DNA from: a virus | Reading direction: 5' to 3' (one strand) | IMG/VR virus record: IMGVR_UViG_3300038472_000103 | DNA length: 24,928 nucleotides | Shown here: positions 15,082 to 22,584 of the stretch, in pieces | Position numbering within the stretch: position 1 is the first letter of the stretch | How the letters are laid out: the number at the start of each line of letters is the position of its first letter | Notes under the pieces: model-generated | Seen by the model: the letters and a program-made list of their open reading frames with translations, nothing else | Databases searched by the model: none | Told to the model about the DNA's origin: nothing | Made by a program: the position numbers and the translations under genes

Positions 15082-15504
15082 TCACATATTCTCTTTCTGA
15101 TCGGTACCCATTTTTTCCAGTAAATCCAAAATAATATCTGTATCTTTTCCTTCTTCTTGTTTGAATTTATCGCTAGTGCCTAGTACCATTTTTAGCACAC
15201 TTATTGACAATAACTCAATGCCAAACTCAGCCAAGTGTGTATCAAGGAGGTGTTTTTCTTCTTCCCCTAGAAGCGCAATCGATGCTCTGAAAAGAATTTG
15301 AAAAGCTGTCATCGCCACAGCTGGATGTACTTTTTCGTTCAGGCAAATATCCCCTATTTGATGTACTAGCGTCACTACCGCATCTGAGTTCAAGGCTTCC
15401 TCGCCCAGTTGCATGGAAGATGAAGGAGAAAGTGATCTGGTTATTTTTTCTAATTCATCTGCTAACGCTTCAATTGGTTTGGGTTTTTCGTATTTTTCAA
15501 ACAT
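15082..15504 (-). CDS. hypothetical acidic helical protein (140 aa)
   Basis: ORF with no recognisable motif. Confidence 0.45.
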   Translation of the reverse strand: MFEKYEKPKPIEALADELEKITRSLSPSSSMQLGEEALNSDAVVTLVHQIGDICLNEKVHPAVAMTAFQILFRASIALLGEEEKHLLDTHLAEFGIELLSISVLKMVLGTSDKFKQEEGKDTDIILDLLEKMGTDQKENM

Positions 15505-15814
15505 ATTGTCTCCCAGTGTTAGACCCTAATTTTTTTACCAGGATTTCTTCTTGTTCTGTTAGGGTTCGTCCCATAATATCACGAACCGCTTTTCCTAAAT
15601 TAATGAAATCCGCTTTCCGCTCATCTTCCACATATTGGACAATGTTTTGGATTCCGCTTTCACTGGGATTCATCCTAAGTACAGCCAGAAGTTCCATGAG
15701 CGGGTCCTTCACTCTGGCTTCATGCGTAGGAATCACCGGAGTCTGAACAATCAGACGCTTACGAAGTACACATTTTTTTGCTGCATTCTTCGCCTTAAAC
15801 TTCGCTTTTGTCAT
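15497..15814 (-). CDS. hypothetical protein with basic N-terminus (105 aa)
   Basis: ORF with a lysine-rich N-terminus. Confidence 0.45.
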   Translation of the reverse strand: MTKAKFKAKNAAKKCVLRKRLIVQTPVIPTHEARVKDPLMELLAVLRMNPSESGIQNIVQYVEDERKADFINLGKAVRDIMGRTLTEQEEILVKKLGSNTGRQYV

Positions 15815-15948
15815 TTTTTCACCTGGAAGAAAAATTTATCAGCAGAAGGCTGATTCATGATGAGTTCTTGGCATTTACTGGGGACTGCTATCAGTACGAG
15901 TATGAAAAGAATAAACCCCAATAAGTAATTGAATTCAGTGCGATCCAT
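15812..15948 (-). CDS. small hydrophobic (single-TM) protein (about 45 aa)
   Basis: Found by hand. GAGAGG SD. The stop codon overlaps the next ATG (ATGA). Confidence 0.3.
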
Positions 15949-16001
15949 AGAGTTTTACCTCTCAACTCTTTAGATGCTAACAGATTAAAAATGAAATGGA
16001 A

Positions 16002-16095
16002 AATTTTATTTTGGTAGTGGGCCGGGGAGTTGAACCCACGCCGTCGCTCTAATCTGGAGCTTTCCCGAGTTTATAAGGCTCAGCCGCACACCAGT
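16002..16095 (-). tRNA. long (94-nt) tRNA-like gene; anticodon not assignable
   Basis: Acceptor GGTGGGC/GCCCACT followed by A and CCA. T-loop TTCAACT. No canonical anticodon arm could be drawn; the only candidate is GCTC-CAGATTA-GAGC, which lacks U33. The length is in the tRNA-Sec/Ser range. Confidence 0.4.
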
Positions 16096-16107
16096 GCTGC
16101 CCACCAC

Positions 16108-16190
16108 ATCCAAATTTTGGTACCCAGAGGGGGACTCGAACCCCCACCCTTTCGGACTCGATCTTAAGCCGAGCGCGTCTTCCAATTTCG
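16108..16190 (-). tRNA. tRNA-Leu (anticodon UAA), type II, CCA encoded
   Basis: Acceptor GCCCGGA/TCTGGGT. 3-bp D stem with an 11-nt loop. Anticodon stem CTCGG/TCGAG. Loop CTTAAGA. Variable arm present. T-arm GGGGG/TTCGAGT/CCCCC. Confidence 0.75.
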
Positions 16191-16200
16191 CCATCCGGGC

Positions 16201-16389
16201 CTATCTTGTAACTCCATAATTTTGTATATACTGCGGGTCTGCATGCATACATTCATCGCAAATAATGGTCTCGTAATTCCTGGCGTATTTTCTCCAACAA
16301 CCCAAGCTTACATCGTAAAATCCGCAGGTAAACCTTTCGTGAAAATCGCCTTCAACTTTTCGCTTACATCGATCACAATGAATCAGCAT
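16201..16389 (-). CDS. small Cys-rich protein (62 aa)
   Basis: Six Cys in CxxC-like spacing. ATGA overlap with the upstream PTH2 gene. Confidence 0.45.
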   Translation of the reverse strand: MLIHCDRCKRKVEGDFHERFTCGFYDVSLGCWRKYARNYETIICDECMHADPQYIQNYGVTR

Positions 16390-16664
16390 TATTCTCTGGG
16401 GTCATCCTCATAGAAAGCCAAAACAGTTTCACTGCCCGCTGGAATTTCCGTGTAGCCCGCATCGGTCACTACATATCCCTCTGGATGCGCTTCTTTTGCT
16501 TCCTCGAATTTTTTATCGCTAGCATCCAGCACCACGCATGACCAATGATCCTGCGGATTTTTTTTGTAAAGCCCTAGAGCTGCATGTACACATTGAGCGG
16601 ATTGCTTATTTTCACTCATGTGCAAATTTTTTCTAACGATGAGCTTAATTCTCATTTTGCTCAC
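16389..16664 (-). CDS. PTH2-family peptidyl-tRNA hydrolase (91 aa)
   Basis: MRIKLIVRKNLHMSENKQSAQCVHAAL and YVVTDAGYTEIPAGSETVLA match the PTH2 core (KMVLVVRxDLxMGKGKIAAQCSHAA ... DAGRTQIAPGSxTVL). Confidence 0.75.
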   Translation of the reverse strand: MSKMRIKLIVRKNLHMSENKQSAQCVHAALGLYKKNPQDHWSCVVLDASDKKFEEAKEAHPEGYVVTDAGYTEIPAGSETVLAFYEDDPRE

Positions 16665-16965
16665 CCGTACATGTATAACATGTACCGTTTAATTCCAGCG
16701 CATCTCCACAAGAAGGGCAGCGGTCAGATTCATCGAGATCTGATGGTTCGGTGGTATCTTCTAGAACTCTATCCAGATAGCAATAATCCATCATATCCTG
16801 GTGGGCCTTAATGTACGCTTTTCGCAAACTATTGAATTTTTTATCTTTGAATTCTTTAAAATCCCAGTTCTGCAAAACATAATCCAAACTTCCTTCCCAC
16901 TCTATTTTGGCGTTAAATTCTCGTGCGTTCTCAATGGACAACAGTGGTTTATTTTTTCTCTTCAT
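16645..16965 (-). CDS. hypothetical protein with C-terminal zinc ribbon (106 aa)
   Basis: The C-terminus reads CPSCG...CYTC. Confidence 0.45.
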   Translation of the reverse strand: MKRKNKPLLSIENAREFNAKIEWEGSLDYVLQNWDFKEFKDKKFNSLRKAYIKAHQDMMDYCYLDRVLEDTTEPSDLDESDRCPSCGDALELNGTCYTCTGEQNEN

Positions 16966-16994
16966 CGTAACTCCTTACGATAATACCATAAAGT

Positions 16995-17083
16995 TGGCCG
17001 AGAGAAAGGGATTCGAACCCTTGATACCTTACGGTATACCAGTTTTCAAGACTGGCGGCATAATCCATCTCGCCCATCTCTCG
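16995..17083 (-). tRNA. tRNA-Ser (anticodon UGA), type II, CCA encoded
   Basis: Acceptor CGAGAGA/TCTCTCG followed by G and CCA. D stem GGC/GCC. Anticodon stem CCAGT/ACTGG. Loop CTTGAAA. Variable arm TATACC/GGTATC. Confidence 0.8.
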
Positions 17084-17090
17084 GTAAAGG

Positions 17091-17177
17091 CAGAGAGTAC
17101 CGGACTCGAACCGGTGTGCCCTATTTCTAGAAGCAGTCGCTTTCGAGGCGACCTACCATGCCCACTGGTTACTCTCT
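17091..17177 (-). tRNA. tRNA-Ser (anticodon CGA), type II; no encoded CCA
   Basis: Acceptor AGAGAGT/ACTCTCT followed by G. Anticodon stem GTCGC/GCGAC. Loop CTCGAAA. T-arm ACCGG/TTCGAGT/CCGGT. Confidence 0.7.
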
Positions 17178-17182
17178 AAACT

Positions 17183-17271
17183 TGGCGATGACAGACCGAT
17201 TCGAACGATCGATACCTTGCGGTATGGTAGCTTTCCAAGCTACTGGGTTAATCCATCTCCCCCATGTCATC
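17183..17271 (-). tRNA. tRNA-Ser (anticodon GGA), type II, CCA encoded
   Basis: Acceptor GATGACA/TGTCATC followed by G and CCA. Anticodon stem GTAGC/GCTAC. Loop TTGGAAA. Variable arm ATACC/GGTAT. Confidence 0.8.
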
Positions 17272-17370
17272 AAATCGCAGGGAACATAAAACATACAGTT
17301 GGTACAACTCCACTGCCGGGTTTCCCCCAGTGGGTATCGAAGTAACTGTACGCAACACCGCTGCGAATTT

Positions 17371-17820
17371 TTACTCTTCTGGACCTTCACCGACTTCGAT
17401 GAAGTCCATTAAATCTTCCCCACCAGCATATTTACTAGTGTTACCGCCTAGCCATCCGTTAAAAGCTCCCTGCTCTGTGGCTTTACGAATACCTTCAACT
17501 AAAAACAACCAGGCATCGTATGGCATGTCCCTGCGTAGATAGTTGCATCGCATACATGCTGGATTGACATTCGTCTTTAAATGACCTAAGCTATTATCTA
17601 TTCTATCCAAGGTCATCCTTATTTTTGTCTCTCCGCAGTAAAAACATCCATTGCTAATTTTATCCTTAATAAAGTCTTTGTCAAGATCATTTTCCCGAAG
17701 CAATTTTTTATCTGAGCTACGAGAATCTCGCCAAATAATGCTAGGTAAAAATTTAGGATCTTGCCTACGCCTTTTAGCCCAACGATGCCGTTTTTCCCTA
17801 CAAACTATTTTAGTGTCCAT
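17371..17820 (-). CDS. HNH homing-type endonuclease (149 aa)
   Basis: CFYCGE...LDRIDNSLGH...NPACMRCNYLRRDM is the T4-type HNH signature. Confidence 0.8.
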   Translation of the reverse strand: MDTKIVCREKRHRWAKRRRQDPKFLPSIIWRDSRSSDKKLLRENDLDKDFIKDKISNGCFYCGETKIRMTLDRIDNSLGHLKTNVNPACMRCNYLRRDMPYDAWLFLVEGIRKATEQGAFNGWLGGNTSKYAGGEDLMDFIEVGEGPEE

Positions 17821-17852
17821 GCTAAGAACACAGAAAGTTTGTTTTGATGTTA

Positions 17853-17942
17853 TGGCGGAAGTGCCGAGGCTCGAACTCGGATAGCCCTTTCAGGCTTCGG
17901 CGGCTTAGCAAACCGCTGGTTTAACCATTCACCCACACTTCC
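17853..17942 (-). tRNA. tRNA-Ser (anticodon GCU), type II, CCA encoded
   Basis: Reads GGAAGTGTGGGTGAATGGTTAAACC...GCGGT-TTGCTAA-GCCGC...CCGAG-TTCGAGC-CTCGG-CACTTCC-G-CCA. The acceptor is identical to the E. coli tRNA-Ser scaffold. Confidence 0.85.
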
Positions 17943-17944
17943 TT

Positions 17945-17974
17945 AAAATAAAAAAGCCGCCTTAATCGGCGGCT
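17945..17974 (-). terminator. intrinsic terminator (minus strand)
   Basis: Hairpin AGCCGCC-GATTAA-GGCGGCT followed on the minus strand by TTTTTTATTTT. Confidence 0.75.
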
Positions 17975-18026
17975 ATCAGTGTTTCTTTAATTGCTTTACG
18001 CAAACACACCCCGTTGGAGCTACTAG

Positions 18027-18172
18027 TTGAACTTCTTTTTTAAATGCGGGTTCTCCCCCACATAAAGATTCTCAGGCTACGCTTGAATTTAATACTTCTA
18101 CGTTAACGCCTGATGGCTCGTTCCGAACCAACTACTCTTTATATAATACTGATAGTTGGAAAATTTGTCAAG
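18027..18172 (-). repeat. ~146-bp direct repeat, copy B: minus-strand sigma70 promoter + leader
   Basis: Near-identical to 7372-7516. -35 TTGACA (plus 18166-18171), 17-nt spacer, -10 TATTAT (plus 18143-18148). Confidence 0.85.
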
Positions 18173-18179
18173 ACTTATT

Positions 18180-18482
18180 TTAACTGGACACAATTCCATA
18201 CAACAAAAATCCAATTATGGTTTTGTCTTCCAAGCTGGCGCAAAGGGGAATGGCGAAAGCAGAACCCCATTTATCGTTATTTTCGATGTCTTCTTCCGCG
18301 AAAACCTCAGCGTCACCCATCAACATAGGCTCCTTCTTCCGAAGTTCAACACTGGGTTTTTCAGCGATAGTCCCGCTGTACCCGCCGTGTCCATGTTCCC
18401 AAGCGGCTTGATCTACTGCTTCACTGAACGCTTTGTTTAAATCGTTCCCGTTCACTTTAAACATAAAATCGCAACCACCCAT
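18180..18482 (-). CDS. hypothetical acidic protein (100 aa)
   Basis: Strong SD AGGAGG 6 nt before the ATG. Confidence 0.55.
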   Translation of the reverse strand: MGGCDFMFKVNGNDLNKAFSEAVDQAAWEHGHGGYSGTIAEKPSVELRKKEPMLMGDAEVFAEEDIENNDKWGSAFAIPLCASLEDKTIIGFLLYGIVSS

Positions 18483-18491
18483 AATTCCTCC

Positions 18492-19220
18492 TTAATTCCT
18501 GGTCAATTGGGTTTCTAATGCTATGATACGGTCTAAAATCTCCTGTTTTTCAGCTAGTCGTATCTGCTCCTTCATCCGCTCAATTGCAGCCCTGTGGTCA
18601 GGCGTTTGAGTCTGTGGTGCTGGTTTGGGTGCATTAGCGGGGATGTGCTCTCCAATCGAATCTCTGTGTCGATAGATAAAAATGAACTTTTCTGACCATC
18701 TGCCGTGATTGAAATTTTTGCAGCATTCATAGCATGCGGTGGGGCTACTTTTAGTGGAACGACGATGATAATGAACCACCTTACCACAATTCGGGCAAGT
18801 AGCTGTCCAGTTGCCTTTGGGTGCTACAACAACAGCGCCATCGTAGCAGCGCTCCGGTTTAGCACCGGTAATAAGGCACTTTGCTTTCCAATCCGCCCCG
18901 TGGATGTCTCTACGCGATATGCTTCTGCGCCCGAAATCACTGGAAAAAGGGTTTTTTGCGTGGAAAGTTAATTTATCTTCTGTTACCAGAGCATGGGCGA
19001 TTTCGTGACGGATGGTATCTTCAACATCTATTTGGGAGTTGAGTTGAACAATATGACGGCTGAGAGTAATCAATTTTTTTCTAGTATGACAGCATCCGAA
19101 GCGACTTTTAGAATTATCAAACTCGAATCTCCAGCAGCGCGGGAAGAGATTGAATTCGTGCATCAGTTTCTTGGCAAGCACTTCTGCTACGCTGAGTTCC
19201 ATTAGCGGTGTCCCCTCCAC
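18492..19220 (-). CDS. SprT-like zinc metalloprotease with C-terminal zinc ribbons (242 aa)
   Basis: GCCHTRKKLITLSRHIVQL...IRHEIAHAL (HExxH) in the SprT arrangement. C-terminus has CPNCG...CYECC. Confidence 0.7.
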   Translation of the reverse strand: MEGTPLMELSVAEVLAKKLMHEFNLFPRCWRFEFDNSKSRFGCCHTRKKLITLSRHIVQLNSQIDVEDTIRHEIAHALVTEDKLTFHAKNPFSSDFGRRSISRRDIHGADWKAKCLITGAKPERCYDGAVVVAPKGNWTATCPNCGKVVHYHRRSTKSSPTACYECCKNFNHGRWSEKFIFIYRHRDSIGEHIPANAPKPAPQTQTPDHRAAIERMKEQIRLAEKQEILDRIIALETQLTRN

Positions 19221-19286
19221 CTATAGTATACATTGAGAACACCTATTTTGTGTATTTTTAAACCTTTTAAAATCAACATATTGCAA

Positions 19287-19793
19287 CTATTTTCGCTTGG
19301 TTTTGGGCTTCGCTTTCATTTTTATCGGATATAGTCTGATCTTTTGCGAGACATAATTTTTAAGATCGCAAGAGTCTGACACACTACCATCAGTTCCAAT
19401 AGTTGTGATATCCATTATCTCCACGGGAATAATTTTACATGTACCATATGCATCATCCGAATTCTTGTTCCAAGAATTCAAAGCTTCTTGAGCTGCTTCC
19501 TTAGTGAAGTAAGTATGGAATCCTGTTTTATAAGTTTTCCAACCACCTACGAAGAGCGTAGCCTCGTCGCCGCCGGTTCCGGCGCGAATTTCGAGGACGA
19601 CGGTCAAGCCTTTTTCATCCCACTCCCAAGAAGCGATTCTATCACCTGGCGTATCTGTTTGCCAGGTGATCGTTATAGAATTGTTCTTAAAACAGGAGAG
19701 TGCTTTCTTACCCCGTAAGACAATCTTCCAAGCTTTTATAGGACCTGGGATTGGCTGATCTTCATGATTTTCAAGTATGCGAGCGAGACACAT
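19287..19793 (-). CDS. hypothetical protein, paralog A (168 aa), K-rich C-terminal tail
   Basis: Shares MCL..NH...P(I)KGPI.AWKIV, GFH.Y and KNYV.QKIRL.P with the adjacent gene. Confidence 0.55.
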   Translation of the reverse strand: MCLARILENHEDQPIPGPIKAWKIVLRGKKALSCFKNNSITITWQTDTPGDRIASWEWDEKGLTVVLEIRAGTGGDEATLFVGGWKTYKTGFHTYFTKEAAQEALNSWNKNSDDAYGTCKIIPVEIMDITTIGTDGSVSDSCDLKNYVSQKIRLYPIKMKAKPKTKRK

Positions 19794-19796
19794 AAC

Positions 19797-20219
19797 TTAT
19801 CCTCTCTTCAGTTTATTTTTCTTTTTCTTTGCTGGTTGGGGCATCAATCGAATTTTTTGAGCAACATAGTTTTTTAGCATCGCTTGCTTAATTTCGTAAG
19901 TTGTGCCATCAATGCCGGTAGTTGTAATTTCATCGATTTGAACTGGGATCACTTTTTTTGTTTTCATATACATATACAATACACGCGCCTTTGCAGCATC
20001 TTGTTGTGTAGTATAACAGTGAAACCCACTTTTGTAGCGAGTGCAGCAACTATCATTTGCGGCCAGGTAGCCTTTCCAAGCAGACTTCCATTTTTTAGTT
20101 ATGCGGAACTGTTGAAACGGGGTAAAAACTTTACCCGATATTACTTCAACTATCTTCCAAGCGATAATAGGTCCCTTGATTGGGTTACGATGATTTTTTG
20201 TAACGCTTAGTAAACACAT
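19797..20219 (-). CDS. hypothetical protein, paralog B (140 aa), K-rich C-terminal tail
   Basis: Tandem duplicate of 19287-19793, with a 3-nt intergenic gap. Confidence 0.55.
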   Translation of the reverse strand: MCLLSVTKNHRNPIKGPIIAWKIVEVISGKVFTPFQQFRITKKWKSAWKGYLAANDSCCTRYKSGFHCYTTQQDAAKARVLYMYMKTKKVIPVQIDEITTTGIDGTTYEIKQAMLKNYVAQKIRLMPQPAKKKKNKLKRG

Positions 20220-20228
20220 AAATTTTCC

Positions 20229-20438
20229 TTATTCGTGACTTGAGTCTCCGTTGTCAGATTGCATCTGGTTAATTGCTTTTTCATACTCTTCAGTAGCTAC
20301 TTTTTCTACCCAACAGCGTAGGCAGTCTAAATCGAACACTTTACTTCCAAATATCGTTGTTTTGTGGTTTTCATCATGAATCGGCCAGGTAGCTAAAGGC
20401 TCATGCCAACGATTCCTGGCGATGATTTCCAAACTCAT
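20229..20438 (-). CDS. hypothetical protein (69 aa from the internal ATG)
   Basis: GGGAGAG SD before MSLEIIARNRW. The longer track ORF would overlap the ferredoxin gene by 65 nt. Confidence 0.45.
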   Translation of the reverse strand: MSLEIIARNRWHEPLATWPIHDENHKTTIFGSKVFDLDCLRCWVEKVATEEYEKAINQMQSDNGDSSHE

Positions 20439-20439
20439 G

Positions 20440-20703
20440 TTATTCTCTCCCAAAATACTTTGCGTTGATAGCGGTAAAATGCTTCCATTGTTCGGGTAAA
20501 TCATCTACTGGAAAGATAGCGGATACAGGACACACAGGAACACACGCTCCGCAGTCAATACACTCCACAGGATCAATGTAAAGTTGGGGATTCTGATCAA
20601 ACTCAGGAGTCCCCTTCTTGGGGTGTATGCAGTCTACAGGGCAAGAGTCCACGCATGCGGTATCCTTTACCCCTATGCATGGCTCAGCAATTACATATGC
20701 CAT
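20440..20703 (-). CDS. bacterial-type [3Fe-4S][4Fe-4S] (7Fe) ferredoxin (87 aa)
   Basis: AYVIAEPCIGVKDTACVDSCPVDCIH...CIDCGACVPVCPV is the classic FdxA-type cysteine pattern. AGGAGAAG SD. Confidence 0.8.
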   Translation of the reverse strand: MAYVIAEPCIGVKDTACVDSCPVDCIHPKKGTPEFDQNPQLYIDPVECIDCGACVPVCPVSAIFPVDDLPEQWKHFTAINAKYFGRE

Positions 20704-20782
20704 GACTTACTTCTCCTCTTGGGTTTTACTGACTTTTTAGATGCCATTTTATTTACTCCTGTTTTAGTATACCACAAAAATT

Positions 20783-21649
20783 TCACAGTGTGTAGAAATC
20801 GTTTTTTACCTCTTTAATAAAATCTGTCAAAGCGGGGCGCAATGCCGCCATATTTTGCCATTGTTCCCAGCACAATCCCCGTTCAATCAAATCATATGTC
20901 TTTACTATGCTAGAAGATTTATCCCCACCTGGGGTCCACCCCAAAGCCCAAATATGGTCACACACTGATGCCGCTGCTGTTACATCGTGGGTTACAACTA
21001 TCACACAGTTTAAATCATCCATATTGGCTATCTTCATGATCAGTTGTAACATCTTATCTTCCATGATAATATCGAGACCTGAAAAAGGTTCGTCCATAAG
21101 TAAGAAATATGATGATGATAAAATTTGCTGGATTATTGCTACTCTTTGTTTTTGCCCCCCTGATAATTGAGCAGGGTACAAATTTATTTTATCTGCAATG
21201 CCGAATTCATTAAGAAAGGTCATGATTTTTTCATGAGCGGTTTTTGCATCTTTTTCTTTTTTCTCTGCCGCCAACGTTAAATTACCCATAACTGTGCGAT
21301 GCGCAAACAACGGATAATCTTGTGCTACTACTCCTACCTCTCCGGCGACCACGGGAACCGCTTTCCCGTTTATCAAAACTTGTCCGGATGTGGGTTTATT
21401 AAGACCTGAAATAATACGAAATAGCTGTGTTTTTCCCCGTCCGGAAGGCCCCAATAACCCTACCATCTGCCCTTGAATTTGATTAGGGCGTTTGATCTTC
21501 TTGATTTCTGCACAGACATCCGTCAAAATAGCGCGGCTTCCAGGCATAGGCTTCGTTAGCAGGGAATTCCCATCCGCGGACGCGCTTAGGTACACATGAT
21601 CAATCTTTAGGAGAGTATCACCGTAACTGTATGGATAAAGTGCGCTCAT
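20783..21649 (-). CDS. ABC transporter ATP-binding protein (288 aa)
   Basis: Walker A GPSGRGKT, signature LSGGQKQRV, Walker B LLMDEPFSGLD, H-loop VTHD. Confidence 0.9.
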   Translation of the reverse strand: MSALYPYSYGDTLLKIDHVYLSASADGNSLLTKPMPGSRAILTDVCAEIKKIKRPNQIQGQMVGLLGPSGRGKTQLFRIISGLNKPTSGQVLINGKAVPVVAGEVGVVAQDYPLFAHRTVMGNLTLAAEKKEKDAKTAHEKIMTFLNEFGIADKINLYPAQLSGGQKQRVAIIQQILSSSYFLLMDEPFSGLDIIMEDKMLQLIMKIANMDDLNCVIVVTHDVTAAASVCDHIWALGWTPGGDKSSSIVKTYDLIERGLCWEQWQNMAALRPALTDFIKEVKNDFYTL

Positions 21650-21984
21650 TTATTTTTTCCTTTTACATCCGGCTTAACAGGAACCGGAGGATCTATTTCC
21701 TTTCCATTTCTTGCTTTCCATTTCTTAAGCCATGCGTCGTCAACAGTCCAGCTTGTTCTTTGTCCGCGAACTGTTTTGTATTGAATCAAAATCTCCTTTA
21801 CTAGTTCAGTCCTTATCTCTATTGTTGGGTTATCACCAAGAGAGATGCCCCGATAAACATAGTAGCCATATCTGTTAAGATCATCCCATAGATGAACCTG
21901 CGGATGATCTTTGGGACTTATCCAAATTTTGATTCCATCTTCTTTGAGAACAACCTTACCGTTCTTGTATGTCTTTATTGTCAT
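21646..21984 (-). CDS. hypothetical protein (112 aa from the internal ATG)
   Basis: GAAGGAGAACAG SD before MTIKTYKNGK. ATGA overlap with the ATPase gene. Confidence 0.45.
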   Translation of the reverse strand: MTIKTYKNGKVVLKEDGIKIWISPKDHPQVHLWDDLNRYGYYVYRGISLGDNPTIEIRTELVKEILIQYKTVRGQRTSWTVDDAWLKKWKARNGKEIDPPVPVKPDVKGKNK

Positions 21985-22291
21985 CTGTTCTCCTTCTAAT
22001 TTGCTCTTTCTCTCCTTTCTTAGATTTAAGCCATGCGTCGTCATATGGTGATTTTGATTCTACGAGTTGATCCATGGCCCAGTCGCCCTTTAACTCGACA
22101 ATCTTCACAGCGCCACAAATCTTACACCGATGAAGAACTTCGGTATCAACTTGATCTTTACCCACGCAAAACGCGCCCACAATCTCCCACTCATGTGGGT
22201 GCCATTTCGATGCGATTTTGATAAAATACATCAAACAGAAACCCCCAGCAATAATTACGAATAATTCACAAAATAACCTGAGTGTATTCAT
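21956..22291 (-). CDS. hypothetical protein with N-terminal TM and Cys motif (111 aa)
   Basis: Hydrophobic N-terminus. Contains HRCKICG. Confidence 0.4.
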   Translation of the reverse strand: MNTLRLFCELFVIIAGGFCLMYFIKIASKWHPHEWEIVGAFCVGKDQVDTEVLHRCKICGAVKIVELKGDWAMDQLVESKSPYDDAWLKSKKGEKEQIRRRTDDNKDIQER

Positions 22292-22584
22292 CGTGATTTT
22301 AGGCGCGGAAACCCAGCAGTTATGCTGGGAGGAGCGCCGTCCTCCATGTGTTGAAACTCAGAAATGTGCAATCGTCTGGCTTGAAACTTTGTCCCCATCT
22401 CTTGCCTCTTCGACGGTTGCCTGCACAGAGGCTTGAGACTAGAGAAGCATCCCAAACATGCTCTGAGGAACCACCCTCAGCAGGCTAACTTTGCGGCTAT
22501 ACAAGCCCTACTTGTCTAGTACATAGGTTTAACTTGCTTCCACCTGTTGGTCAGGCTTCCCCAAGCCCAGACTTTAGTCTGGGT

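Noticed and set aside
16006-16252. 62- and 67-aa minus-strand ORFs over 16006-16252
   Set aside because: They are translations of the tRNA-like gene and tRNA-Leu (GFESP and VRVPLWV correspond to T-arms). The tRNA interpretation explains the sequence.
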